A stretch of DNA of 64,000 nt from the human T2T-CHM13v2.0 reference genome, Homo sapiens, in the NCBI RefSeq assembly GCF_009914755.1, contig NC_060947.1; one strand, written 5' to 3'. Of the stretch, positions 14,088 to 28,480 are shown piece by piece. The notes beneath the pieces are model-generated. The model was given only the letters and a program-made list of their open reading frames with translations. It made no database searches and was not told the origin of the DNA. Every line of letters begins with the position of its first letter. The stretch's first letter is position 1. The translations under genes and the position numbers were made by a program.

Positions 14088-14477
14088 GAATAGGAACAGC
14101 TCTGGTAAGCAGCTCCAAGCGAGATCAATGCAGAAGGTTGGTGATTTCTGTATTTAAAACTGAGGTACCTGGTTCATCTCATTGGGTCTGGTTGGACAGT
14201 GGGTGTGGCCCACGGAGTGTGAGCCAAAGCAGGGTGGGGTGTCACCTCACCTGGGATGTGCAAGGGGTCGGGAGATGTCCCTCCCCTAGCCAAGAGAAGC
14301 CATGAGGGACTGTACCAGGAGGAATGGTGCACTCTGGTCCAGATACTGCACTCTTTCCATGGTCTTCATAACCGACAGACCGAGAGATTCCCTCCTGTGC
14401 TTACGCCACCAGGACCCTGGGTTTCGAGCACAAATCTGGGCGGCCATTTGGACAGACACCAAGCTATCTGCAGTAGT

Positions 14478-14507
<30 letters not shown>
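14478..14507. repeat. (TTG)10 microsatellite in the L1PA 5' UTR
   Basis: Read directly; sits where this 5' UTR normally has a T-run. Confidence 0.95.
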
Positions 14508-14510
<3 letters not shown>

Positions 14511-15433
14511 TTTCATACCCCAGTGGCACCTGGAATGCCAGAGAGAGAGAACCATTCACTCCCCTGGAAAGGGGGCTGATGTCAGGGAGCCAAGTGTTCT
14601 GGCTCAGTGAGTTCCACCTCCATGGAGCCCAGCAAGCTAAGATCCACTGGTGTGAAATTCTCACTGCCAACACAGCAGCCTGAGGTTGACCTGGGATGCT
14701 GAGCTTGGTGGGGCAAGGGGCATCTGCCATTGCTGAGGCTTGAGTAGACGGTTTTACACTCACAGTTTAAAAAAAGCCACAGGGAAGTTCAAACTGGGTG
14801 GAGCCCACCACAGCTCAGCAGGGCCACTGTGGCCAGAATCCTTCTCAAGATTCCTGCCCTCTGGGCAGGGCATCTCTGAAAAAAAAGCAGCAGCCCCAGT
14901 CAGGGACTTATAGATAAAACCCCCATCACCCTAGGATGGAGCAACTGGGGGAAGGGGTGGCTATGGGCGCAGCTTCAGCAGACTTAAATGTCCCTGCATG
15001 ACAGCTCGGAAGAGAGCAGCAGATTTCCCAGCAAAGTGGTCAAGCTCTGATAAGGGACAGACTGCTTTTTCAAGTGGGTCTCTGAGCCCCGTGTACCCTG
15101 ACTGGGAGACACCTCACAGCAGGGGTCGACAGACACCTCATACAGGAGAGCTCTGGCTGGCATCTGCCAGGTACCCCTTTGGGATGAAGCTTCCAGAGGA
15201 AGGAACAGGCAGCAATCTTTGCTGTTCTGCAGCCTCCACTGGTGATACCCAGGCAAGCAATGTCTGGAGTGGACCTCCAGCAAACTCCAGCAGACCTGCA
15301 GCAGGGGACCTGTTAGAAGGAAAACTAACACATGGAAATGAATAGTATCAACATCAACAAAAAGGACGTCCACTCAGAGACCCCATGTGAGGGTCATCAA
15401 CATCAAAGACCAAAGGTAGATAAATCCATGAAG

Positions 15434-16459
15434 ATGGGGAGAAACCAGCGCAAAAAGGCTGAAAAATTCCAAAAACCAGAATGATTCTTCTCCTGCAAAG
15501 GATCACAACTCCTTGCCAGCAAGGGAACAAAACTGAACAGAGAATGGGTTTGACTAATTGACCGAAGTATGCTTCAGAAGGTGGGTAATAACAAACTCCT
15601 CTGAGCTAAAGGAGCATGTTCTAACCCAATGTAAGGATGCTAAGAACTTTGAAAAAAGGTTAGAGGAATTGCTAACTAGAATAACCAGTTTAGAGAAGAA
15701 CATAAATGACCTGATGGAGCTAAAAACACAGCATGAGACCTTCAGAAGGCATGCACAAGTATCAGTAGCTGAAATGATCAAGCAGAAGAAAGAATATCAG
15801 AGATTGAAGATCAACTCAATGAAATAAAGTGAGAAGGCAAGATGATAGAAAAAAGAGTGAAAAGAAACAAACAAAGCCTCCAAGAAATATGGGGCTATGT
15901 GAAAAGACAAAATCTACATTTGATTGGTGTACCTGAATGTGATGGGAAAAATGGAACCAAGTTGGAAAACACTCTTCAGGATATTATCCAGGAGAACTTC
16001 CCCAACCTAGCAAGGCAGGCCAACATTCAAATTCAGGAAATACAGAGAATACCACAAAGATACTGCTCAAGAAGAGCAACTCTGAGACACATAATCATCA
16101 GATTCCCAAAGGTTGGAATGAAGAAAAAAATGTTGAGGGCAGCCAGAGAGAAAAGTCAAGTTACCCACAAAGGGAAGCCCATCAGACTAACAGCGGATCT
16201 CTCTGCAAAAACCCTAAAAGCCAGAAGAGAGTGGGGGCCAATATTCAACATTCTTAAAGAAAAGAATTTTATACCCAGAATTTCATATCTGGCCAAACTA
16301 AGCTTCATGAATGAAGGAGAAATAAAATCCTTTACAGACAAGCAAATGCTGAGAGATTTTGTCACCACTCGGCCTGCCTTACAGGAGTTCCTGAAGGAAG
16401 CACTAAACATGGAAAGGAACAACAATAACCAGCCACTGCAAAAACATACCAAATTGTAA
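15434..16459 (+). pseudogene. L1 ORF1p, frameshifted; the C-terminal 205 aa are still open
   Basis: ORFs 15558..15827 and 15842..16459 (QSLQEIWGYVKRQNLHLIGVPE, ARREWGPIFNILKEKNFIPRISYLAKLSF). Confidence 0.93.
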
Positions 16460-16526
16460 ATGCCATCGATGTTATGAAGAAACTGCTTCAACTAATGTTC
16501 AAAATAATCAATCAGCTAGCATCATA

Positions 16527-18267
<1,741 letters not shown>

Positions 18268-20209
18268 ATGTATCACAGAACTTAAAGTATAATAAAAAAA
18301 TTAGTATCATTTCTATATGCCAACCATGAACAATGTGAAATGGAAATTAAAAAGTAATTTCATTTACTGTAGCCACACATAAAATTAAATACCTTGGAAT
18401 TAACTTAACCAATGACATTTCAATAATGAAAATTGTAACACAGAGATAAAGAAAATTGAAGAGAACACCAAAAAATAGTGAAAATATTCCATGGTCATAA
18501 ATTCGAAGAGTCAATATTGTTAACATTTCCAGACTACTCAAAGCAATCTACAGATTGAATGCAACCCCTATCAAAATACCAATGATATTCTTCACAAAAA
18601 TATAAAAAATAATCCCAAAATTTGTATGAAACAACAAAAGACCCAGCATAGCCAAAGCTATTCTTAGAAAAAAAAAAAAAAAACTGAAGGAATCACACTA
18701 CCTGACTTGAAATTATACTACAGTGCTATAGTAACCAAAACAGCATGGTATTTGATGGCATAAACTCAGACACATAGACCAATGAAACAGAATGGAGAAG
18801 CCAGGAACAAATTCACACACCTGCACTGAACTCATTTCTGACAAAATTGCCAAAAACCTACTTTGGGGAAAGCACTGTCTCTTTTATAAATGGTGCTAAA
18901 ATGAAATTAGATTCCATCTCTCGCCATATAAAAAATCAAAATGGATTATAGACTTTAGTCTAAGACCTCAAACTATGAAACTACTGCAATAAAACTTTGG
19001 AAAAACTCTTCAGGACATTTGTGTGCGCAAAATTTTTTTGAGCCAGACACCACAAGAACTGGCAACCAAAGCAAACATGGACAAATGGGATCTCAACAAA
19101 TTAAAAAAAACTTCTGCACCACAAAGGATATTATCGACAAAGAGAAAAGGAAACCCAAAGAATGAGAGAAATAATAACCAGGATATATAAGGATCTCAAA
19201 CAACTCTAGAGGAAAAACTAATAATCCCACCAAAAAAGTGGGTAAAATATTTGAACAGACATTTCTCAAAAGAAGACACGCAAGTGGCAAACAGGCGTAT
19301 GAAAAGGTGCTCAACATTATTGATCATCAGAGAAATGAAAATCAACACTATAATGAGGTATCATCTCACCCCACTTAAAATGGCTCATATCCAAAGCTAA
19401 ACAATAACAAATGCTGGTGAGGATGTGGAGAAAAGAGAATTCTCATAAACCATTGGCGGGAATGTTAACTAGTACACCCATTATAAAAAACAGGTTCAAA
19501 ATTTCTCAAAAACCTAAAAATTTACCTATCATATGATCCAGCAATTCCAATGCTGTGTATATACCCAAAAGAAAGGAAATTATTTTACTGAAGAGACATC
19601 TGCACTCCTATGTTTGTTGCAGAACTGTTTTCAATAGCTGAGATTTGGAAGCAACCTAAGTGTCTATCAATAGATGAATAAATGAAGAAAATATGGTACA
19701 TATACACAATGGAATACTATTCAGTTGTAACGAAGAATGAGATTCATGGATGCATCTGGAGATTATCATGTTAAGTGAAATAAGCCAGGCACAGAAAGAC
19801 AAACATCACATGTTTTCACATATTTGTGGGATGTAAAAATCAAATGAATTGAACTCATGGACATAGAGAGTAGAAGGATTGTTATAAGAGGCTGCAAACA
19901 GTAACAAATGGTTAATGGGTATCAAAAAATAGAAAGAATAAATAAAACCTACTATTTGGTAGCAGAACAGAGTGATTTTAGTCAATAATAACTTTACTGC
20001 ATATTTTAAAATAATTTAAAGAATGTTATTGGATTGTTTGTAACCCAAAGAATAACTGCTTGAGGAAATGGATACCCCATTCTACTTGGTGTGCTTATTT
20101 CACATTGCATGACTGTATCAAAATACTTCATATGCCTACCATGTACCCTCAAAATTGTAAAAATTAATAAAAATTTTAAAATTGTAAAATATATTTGTGT
20201 AGAATTTTT

Positions 20210-23200
20210 AAAATATATTTTTTGATTTTGTTTTATTTTAATAGGTTTTAGGGAACAGATGGTGGTTGGTTACTTTAATAAGTTATTTCGTGGTGATTTC
20301 TGAGATTTTGGTGCACCCATCACCCAAGCTGTGTGCACGGTTCCCAATATGTAGTCTTTTATCCCTTGCCACCCCCCACCCTTTCCCCTGAATCCTCAAA
20401 GTCCAATGTAGCATTCTTATGCCTTTGCGTCCTCATAGCTTAGCTCCCACATGTGAGGAAGAACATGCGATGTTTGGTTTTCCATTCCTGAGTTCTAAGT
20501 GAAGTCACTTAGAACAGTAGTCTTCAATTCCACATCATGTATGTATGTATATCATGGCATGTATATACAATATTTTCCTTAGCCACTCATTGATTGATGG
20601 GAAATTGGGCTGCTTCCATATTTTTGCAGTTACAAATTGTGCTGCTATAAACATGCATGTGCAAGTATATTTTTCATATAATGACATCTTTTCCTCTGAA
20701 TAGATACCTAGTAGTGGGATTGCTGGATTAAATGGTAGATCTACTGTTAGTTCTTTAGGGAATCTCCACACTCTTTTCCACAGTGGTTGTACTAATTTAC
20801 ATTCCCACTAACAGCGTAAAGATGTTTTGTTTTTAGCACATCCACGCCAACAAGTATTAGGTTTTTTGTTGTTGTTGTTTGTTTGTTTGTTTGTTTATTA
20901 TTGCCATTCTTGCAGGAGTAGGGGTTATTGCATTGTGGTTTTGATTTGCATTTTCCTGAAAATTAATGATGGTGAGCATTTTTTCATACGTTTATTGGCA
21001 AATTGTATATTTTCTTTTGAGAATTGTCTATTCATGTCCTCAGCCCACATTTTGTTGGAATTATTTGCTTTTTTCTTGATGAATTGTTCGTGGTTGTTTT
21101 TTTTTGTGAATTCTGGATATTAGTTCTTTGTTAAATGTATAGGTTCTGAAGATTTTCTCCCACTCCATGGGTTGTCTGTTTACTCTGCTGATTATTTATT
21201 TTGCTCTGCAGAAGCTTTTTAGTTTAATTAAGTCCCATCTACTTATCTTTGTTTTTTGTTTCTTTGTTTGTTTTTGCATTTGCTTTAGGGTTTTGGGTCA
21301 TGAAGTCTTTGCATAAGCCAATGTCTAGAAGGGTTGTTCCAATGTTATATTCTAGAATCTTTAAGTTTTTAGGACTTAGATTTAAGTCTTTGATCCATCT
21401 TGAGTTGATTTTTGTATAAGGTGAGAGATAAGGATCCAGTGTCATTATCCTAACTGTGGCTTGCCAATTATCACAGCATCATTTGTTGAATAAGGTGTCA
21501 TTTCTCCACTTTATGTTTTTGTTTGCTTTGTCGAAGATCACTTGGCTGTAAGTATTTTGGTTTATTTCTGGGTTCTCTATTCCGCTTTATTGGTATATGC
21601 GCCTATCTTTACACCAGTACCATGCTCTTTTGGTGATTATGGCCTTATAGTATAATTAGAAGATGGGCAAAGTGGTGCCTTCATAGCTGACCTTTTTGCT
21701 TAGTTTTGCTTTGGGTATGTGGGCTCCTTTTCTGTTTCATATTAATTTTAGCATTGTTTCTAGTTCTGTGAAGAATAATGGCAGTATTTTGATGGGAATT
21801 GCCCTGCATTTATAGATCGGTTTTGGCAGTATGGTGATTTTCACAATACTGATTCTACCCTTCCATGAGCATGGGATGTGTTTCCATTTGTTTGTGTTGT
21901 TTATGATTTCTTTCAGCAGTGTTTTGTAGTTTTCCTTGTAGAGGTCTTTCATGTCCTTGGTTAGCTATATTCTTTAGTTCAGTTGAGTATAGTTTTGTTT
22001 TTCAGCTATTATAAAAGGGATTGAGTTCTTGACTTGATTTTCAGTTTGGTTGCTTTTGGTGTATAGCAGAGCTACTGATTTGTGTACATTAATTTTGTAT
22101 TCTAAAACTTTGCTGAATTTGTTAACCGGTTCTAGGAGAATTTTGGATGAGTGTTTAAAATTTTCTAGGTATAAAATCATACAATCAGCAAACAGGAAGA
22201 GTTTGACTTCCTCTTTACCAATTTGGATGCCCTTTATATCTTTCTCTTGTCTGACTGCCCAGGCTAGGACTTCCAGTACTGTATTAAATAGAAGTGATGA
22301 AAGTGGGCATTCTTGTCTTGTTCCAGTTTCCAGGGGGAATGCTTTCAATTTCCCCCCATTCAGTACAACGTTGGCTGTGGGTTTGTCATAGATGTCTTTT
22401 ATTGCCTTAAAGCATGTCCTTTCTGTGCCGATTTTGCTGAAGGTTATAATCATAAAGGGATGCTGGATTTTTTTCAAATGCTTTTTCTGCATCTATTGAG
22501 ACGATCATGTAATTTTTGTTTTTAATTCTGTTTACGTGGTGTATCACATTTATTGACTTATGTATGTTAAACCAACCCTTCACCTCTGGTGTGAAATCCG
22601 TTTGATCATGGTGGGTTATCTTTTTGATATGCTGTTGCATTTGGTTTGCTAGTAATTTGTTGAGGATTTTTGCATCTATGTTAATCAGGAATATTGGCCT
22701 GTAGTTTTCTTTTTTGTTATGTCCCTCCCTGGTTTTAGTATTAGGGTAAAACTGGCTTCATATAATGATTTAGGGATGATTACCTCTTTATTTTGTAGAA
22801 TACTGTCAATAGCATTGGTACCAATTCTTATTTGAATCTCTGATAAAATTCAGCTGTGAATCTGTCTAGATATGGGCTTTTTGTCATCTGCAATTTTTTA
22901 TTATCATTTTAATCATGCCGCTTGTTATTGATCTGTTCAAAGACTCCATATCTTCTGCTTTAATGTAGAAAGGTTGTATATTTCCAGGAATTTATTCACC
23001 TCCTCCAAGTTTTCTAGTTTATGCATGTGTAACAGTGTTCATATTAGTCTTGAATTATCTTTTGTATTTCTGGGGTGTTAGTTGTAATATCTCCTGTTTT
23101 GTTTCTAATTGAGCTTATTTCAATATCTTCTTTTCTTTGCTAATATTGCTAATGGTCTATCAAGTTTATTCATCTTTTCAAAAACGAGATTTTGTTTCAT

Positions 23201-26200
23201 TTATTTTTTGTATTTTTTTGTTTTGATATCATTTAGTTGTGCTCTGACCTTCGTTTTTTCTGGTCTCCTGCTGGGTTTATATTTGGATTTTTCTTGTTAC
23301 TCCAGTTCCATGAAATGTGACCTTAGGTAGTCTGTGCTCTTTCAGACTTTTTGATGTAGGCATTTTATGCTATGAAGCTTTCTCTTAGCACCACTTCTGC
23401 TGTATCTCAGATGTTTTTATAGATTGTGTCACTATTACTGTCCAATTCAAAGAATTTTTGAATTTGCATCTTGACTTTATTGTTGACCCAACGATCATTT
23501 GGGAGCAGGTTACTTAATTTTCATATATTAGCACCATTTTGAGGAGTCGAGTTGATTTCCAATTTTATTCCACTATGGTCTGAGAGAGTACTTGATATAA
23601 TTTTGATTTTCTTAAATTTACTGAGACTTGTTTTGTGGTCTCTCATATGGTCTATCTTGGAGAATGTTCCATGTGTTGATGAATAGAATGTATGTTCTGC
23701 AGTTGTTGGGTAGAATGTTCTGCAAATATCTGTTAAGTCCATTTGTCCTGGAGTACAGTTTAAGTCCATTATTTCTTTGTTTGCTTTCTGTCTTGATGAC
23801 TCGTCTAGTGCTGTCAGTAGAACATTGAAGTCCTCACCATTATTGTGTTGCTGTCTATCTCAATTTCTTAGGTCTAGTAGGGATTGTTTTATAAATTTGG
23901 GATCTCCAGTGTTAGGTGAATATATATTTACAATTGTGATACTTTTCTGGTGGACTAGTCCTTTTACCATTATATAATGTCCATCTTTGTCTTTTTAAAC
24001 TGCTGTTGCTTTAAAGTTTGTTCTGTCTGATTAAGAATAGCTACTCCTGCTTGCTTTTTGTGTAGATTTGCATGGAGTATGATTTTCCACTTCTTTACCT
24101 TAAGTTTATGTGAGTCCTTATTGTTAGGTGAGTCTCCTGAAGACATCAGAAATTTAATTGGTGGATTCTTATCAATTCTGCCATTCTGTATCTTTTAAGT
24201 GGAGCATTTAGGCCATGTACATTCAAAGTTATTATTAAGATGTGAAGTCCTATTCTATTCATCATGCTATTTGTTGCCTGAATACCTTGTTTCTTGTGTC
24301 TGTGTTATTGTTATGTAGGTCTTGTGAGATTTATGCTTTAAGAATGTTTTGTTTTGGTGTATTTTGAGAATTTGTTTCAAGATTTACAGTTCATTTCAAC
24401 AGTTATTGTAGTGTTGGCTTGGTACTGGAGAATTCCCTCAGCATTTGTTTGTCTGAAGAAGACTGTATCTTTCCTTCATTTATGAAGCTTAGTTTCACTG
24501 GATACAAAATTATTGGCTGATAATTGTTTTAGGGAGGCTAAAAATAAGATCTCAATCCCTTCTAGTTGTAGGGTTTCTGCTGAGAAATCTTCTCTTAATA
24601 TCATAGGTTTTTCTTTATAGGTTACCTGATGCTTTTGCCTCACAGCTCTTAAGATTCTTTGTTTTGTCTTGACTTTAGATAACCTGATGTGCCTAGGCAA
24701 CGAATTTTCTAGGTCTTCTTTGCATTTTTTGTATTTGGCTGTCTAGATCTCCAGCAAGACCAGAAATGTTTCCTCAATTTTTCCCTCAAATATGTTTTCC
24801 AAACTTTTAGATTTCTCTTCTTTCTCAGAAACACCAATTATTCTTAGGTTTGGATGTTTAACATAGTCCCAAACTTATTGAAGGCTATGTTCACTTTTTT
24901 TCATTCTTTTTTTCTTTGTCTTTGACGAATTGGGTTAATTTAAAAGTCTTGTTCATTTCTAGAAGTTGTTATTGTTTTTTATTTATGCTTTCTATTCATT
25001 GAAAAATTTCTTTTTATGTTCTATATCATGTTTTTTATTTCTATTTTCTATGTTTTTATATTCTATATCATGTTTTTGATATAAGTCGGTCTTCACCTTT
25101 CTCTGTTCCTCCTTGATTAGCTTAAATAATTCACCTTCTGAATTCTCGTTCTTGCAATTTGGAGATTTCTTCTCGGTTTGGATTCATTGCTGGTGAACTA
25201 GTGTGATTTCTGGGGGGTGTTAAATAACCTTGTTTTGCCACATTACTGAAACTGTTCTTCTGGTTCCTTCTCATTTGGATAGACTATGTCAGACGGAAGA
25301 TCTGGCATTCAAAAGCTGCTGTTCAGATTATTTTGTCCAATGGGGTGCTACCTTGACGTGGTGTTCTCCTCCTTCCCCTAGGAATGGGGCTTTCTGAGAG
25401 ATAAACTGTAGTCTTTTTTTTTCTTTTCTTTTTTCTCTTCTAAGTTTTTCCACCCAACAGAGCTACCAAGCTCTGGGCTGGTAATGGGGAGTGTCTGCAA
25501 CGAGTCTGTTAATGTGATCTGTCTTTACGTCTTGTAGCCATGGATACTAACACCTACTCTGGTGAAGGTAGCAGGGGAGTGAAGTAGACTCTGTGAGGGT
25601 CCTTGGTTGTGTTCTTGTTTAGTGCACTGGTTTTGTGTTGGATGGCCTTCAACTAGGAGGTTGCACTTTCAAGAGTGCATCAGCTGCGGTCCTATAGGGA
25701 GGATGCAAGATTGCCCTAGGGACACTTAGCTAAGTATTCAGCTTTCTCAGGTGATGGGCAGGGCCATAGAGCTCCCAAAAGATTGGAACCTTCATCTTTT
25801 GCTACCAGAGCGGGTAGAGAAAGACTAACCAGTAGGGTCAGGGAAAGGTGTGTCTGAGCTCTGTCTTTCCTTGGGTGGGGCTTGTTGTGGCTGCTGTGGG
25901 AGATGGGGGTGTGGTTCCTGGTCCAATGGAGTTATATTCCCAGAAGGATTTATGGCTGTCTTTCCTGAGTCATACAGGTCAGCAGGGAAGAGGGGGAATG
26001 CCAGCCATCACAGGTCTCAGCCTGCTCCCATGCAGCCCACAGTCCTAAAGGTCGGTCTCACTTTCACTGTGTTCTTCCAACAGCACAGAGTTTATTTCCA
26101 GGCAACCAGTGACCAGGGTCAAGAACTTGCCCCAGACCATGAGCTTCCCTGGTGAGAAAGCAATCAGACTCAGTTTTTTGGCATATCAGGCAGCCTGCAG

Positions 26201-26377
26201 TGGTGATTCAGTTTTTTCAAAGGTTCTGTGGATTACCTCGTATTTCCTGGTATGTTCTTGCGGTAGTTCTTGAAGAAAAAGTTTATGATGTGAGTCTCCA
26301 CATGAAGCTTTGTTCATCTGAGCATAAGCTGCAAGCTAGTTCTGCCTCCTATCTGCCTTCTTAATTCCAGTGTCCTG
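20210..26377 (-). mobile_element. Full-length L1PB1-like element
   Basis: L1PB-type 3' UTR at ~20230-20530. ORF2 fragments 21974..22492, 22407..22640 and 23521..23769; ORF1 fragment 24476..24700; L1PB 5' end near 26365. 14-bp TSD tgtgtagaattttt (20196-20209) / tgtgtaaaattttt (26378-26391) followed by GA, i.e. a TTTT/GA endonuclease site. Confidence 0.9.
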
Positions 26378-26500
26378 TGTGTAAAATTTTTGAGAGTATT
26401 CCTTCATTATCTGTTCATGCCTGCAAGGTTTGTAGTGAAGTTACCTGTTTTGATTAATATATTTTCTCTCTTCTCTTTTTCTGTTTTTCAGTCTTGTTAA

Positions 26501-26780
26501 CTGGGAACCACAACCCCATCCCCAACAGCAATCATAGCAAGCCCACCCAAGGAAAGGCAGAGCTCAGACACGCCTATACTTGACCCCACCTGGTGATCTT
26601 TCTCTAGGAGCTCTGGTAGGCAAAGACAAAGGTCATAATCTCTTTGGAGCTCTATGGCCCTGCCCACCACCTGAGAAACCTGAATACTTAACTAAGTGTC
26701 CCTAGGGCAATTTTGCGTCCTCTCTGTAGGACCACAGATGATGCACTCTTGAAAGCACAAACTCCTGATTGAAGGTCAAA
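26501..26780 (+). mobile_element. Isolated internal fragment of the L1PB 5' UTR (inverted homolog of ~25645-25922)
   Basis: The reverse complement aligns along its whole length, e.g. ggagctctatggccctgccca, tgaatactta, ctaagtgtccctagggcaat, atgcactcttgaaag. Confidence 0.88.
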
Positions 26781-27329
26781 CATTTATATATTTTATGGAT
26801 TTATTTAAAGAATTAGAGGGCTTGGCCACAATGGCTGACTAAAAGTGACTGGTGTGCATGACTCTCACAGAAGGAAATGGAAGGGATGATTAAATACAAC
26901 ACCATTTACTGAAACATCTGGGTACACGCATTGGGACTAATCAAGGAAACATCTCGACCCATAGAGAACAGAAATAAAAGGCAGGATTATTTCTCAACCA
27001 GGAGTGACACAGAGCAAGGGGGACATTCCTCACCCAGGGAAGCAGAGAGTGAGTGAGCAATCGCGGGAACCCACACTTCTCCAAGGGATCTTTGAAAACC
27101 TTGGGTCAGAAGATTCCCTTGTGAACTGACCCCTCCGGAGCCTTCAGTCTGACACATAGAGCTATGTGGATTATTGCCAAAGGAGCTATTCAGGCATACA
27201 TGGAGCTTCAGGAGCCATAGATACTCAGGCTTCCCAGCAAAAGCAGCTGCAACTCCAGCAAAGTAAGAGGTTAGCCCCTATTTATACCCCTAGGAAAGGG
27301 GCTGAATCCAGGTGGCTGAGCAGTAATGG

Positions 27330-28480
27330 GCTGCAGGTCCTGCTTTCATGGCACCTCACAGGATACGACCCACTGGCTTTGAACTCCAGCCAGCCACCAG
27401 TAGCAGCATTACACCTCTCAGAGACGAAGCTTCCATGGGGAAGGTTGGACCACTGTCTTTGCTGTTTATCAGTCTTAGCCATTGTTGCCTTAGGAATCCA
27501 GTAAGTCTGAGGCAGCTAAAGACTGGAAGAGCTCCCCAGCTGTTGGAGCCCAGCAGCTCTAAGGAGAAGTGGTCAGAATACTTATTCATGTGAATCTTGA
27601 ATTCCTTTTCTCTTCACTTGGTGGAATATCCCTAGTGGGGTCTCCAGTCACCCCCACCAGTGTTTTCTGGCCAGCAGCAATTTCAAACCGCCCTGGGATG
27701 GAGTTCCCAGAGGTAGGGTTAGGCCACCATCTTTGCTGTTTGGCCGCCTTAGCTGTACTTGCCTTGGGGCGTTGGAGAGTCTAAGGCAACTGAGAGCTGG
27801 AGCAGAACTCCAGCACAGCAAAGTTGCTCTATGAAAAGGTGGCCAGACTGCTTTTTAAAGTACAGTATCAGTCCTACTCCTCTTCAATGGGTGGGATCTC
27901 CCCACTGGTGTCACCAGCCACTTCCTGCAGGCACATTCAGGCTGACCACAGATCTTTACCTTCCTGGGAAGGAGCTCTCAGAGAAAGGGGTAGGTCACCA
28001 TCTTTGCTGTTTCACAGCCTTCACTGTTGACAACTCCAGGTACTTGGAAAATCCAACATGACTAGGGACAGGATAGGAACCCCAGCATATTGCAGCAGCC
28101 TTCCAAAAAAATGGCCAGATTATTATGTGGGTTCTCATTCCCATATCTCCTCAGTGGGCAGGTCCTCCAGGCCTGGGTCTCCTGCCACACATTGCTAGGG
28201 CTATCAAACCAATAGCAGCTCTGCAACTCTTTGGACAGAGCTTCCATGGGGAGGGATGGGTTGCCATCTTTGCTGTCTCACAGCCATTGCCCTTACTGTC
28301 TCCAGGCTCAAGAGAGTCTGCAGGGACCAGTGGCAGGTCAAGATTCCCAGCACAGAGCAATGACCTCGAAGAAAAGTAATCAGACTGTTCTCCACAGAAA
28401 TACTGGTTTTTTTTTTGGCTCCTCACAATGCAGGACCACCTGACCTGAGACTCCAGCACAAACACCCTGCCTCCATCTGA
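27330..28480 (+). repeat. Degenerate ~270-bp tandem repeat (about 4 units) in the L1 5' UTR
   Basis: Motif (cca)tctttgctgt recurs near 27455, 27728, 27999 and 28265 in matching context. Confidence 0.75.

Noticed and set aside
14256-14763. Poly-Q, poly-C, poly-L and poly-T ORFs
   Set aside because: All are translations of the (TTG)10 microsatellite in an L1 5' UTR
15842-16459. 205-aa ORF as a functional gene
   Set aside because: It is only the C-terminal part of a frameshifted L1 ORF1 lacking the coiled coil; no evidence of domestication
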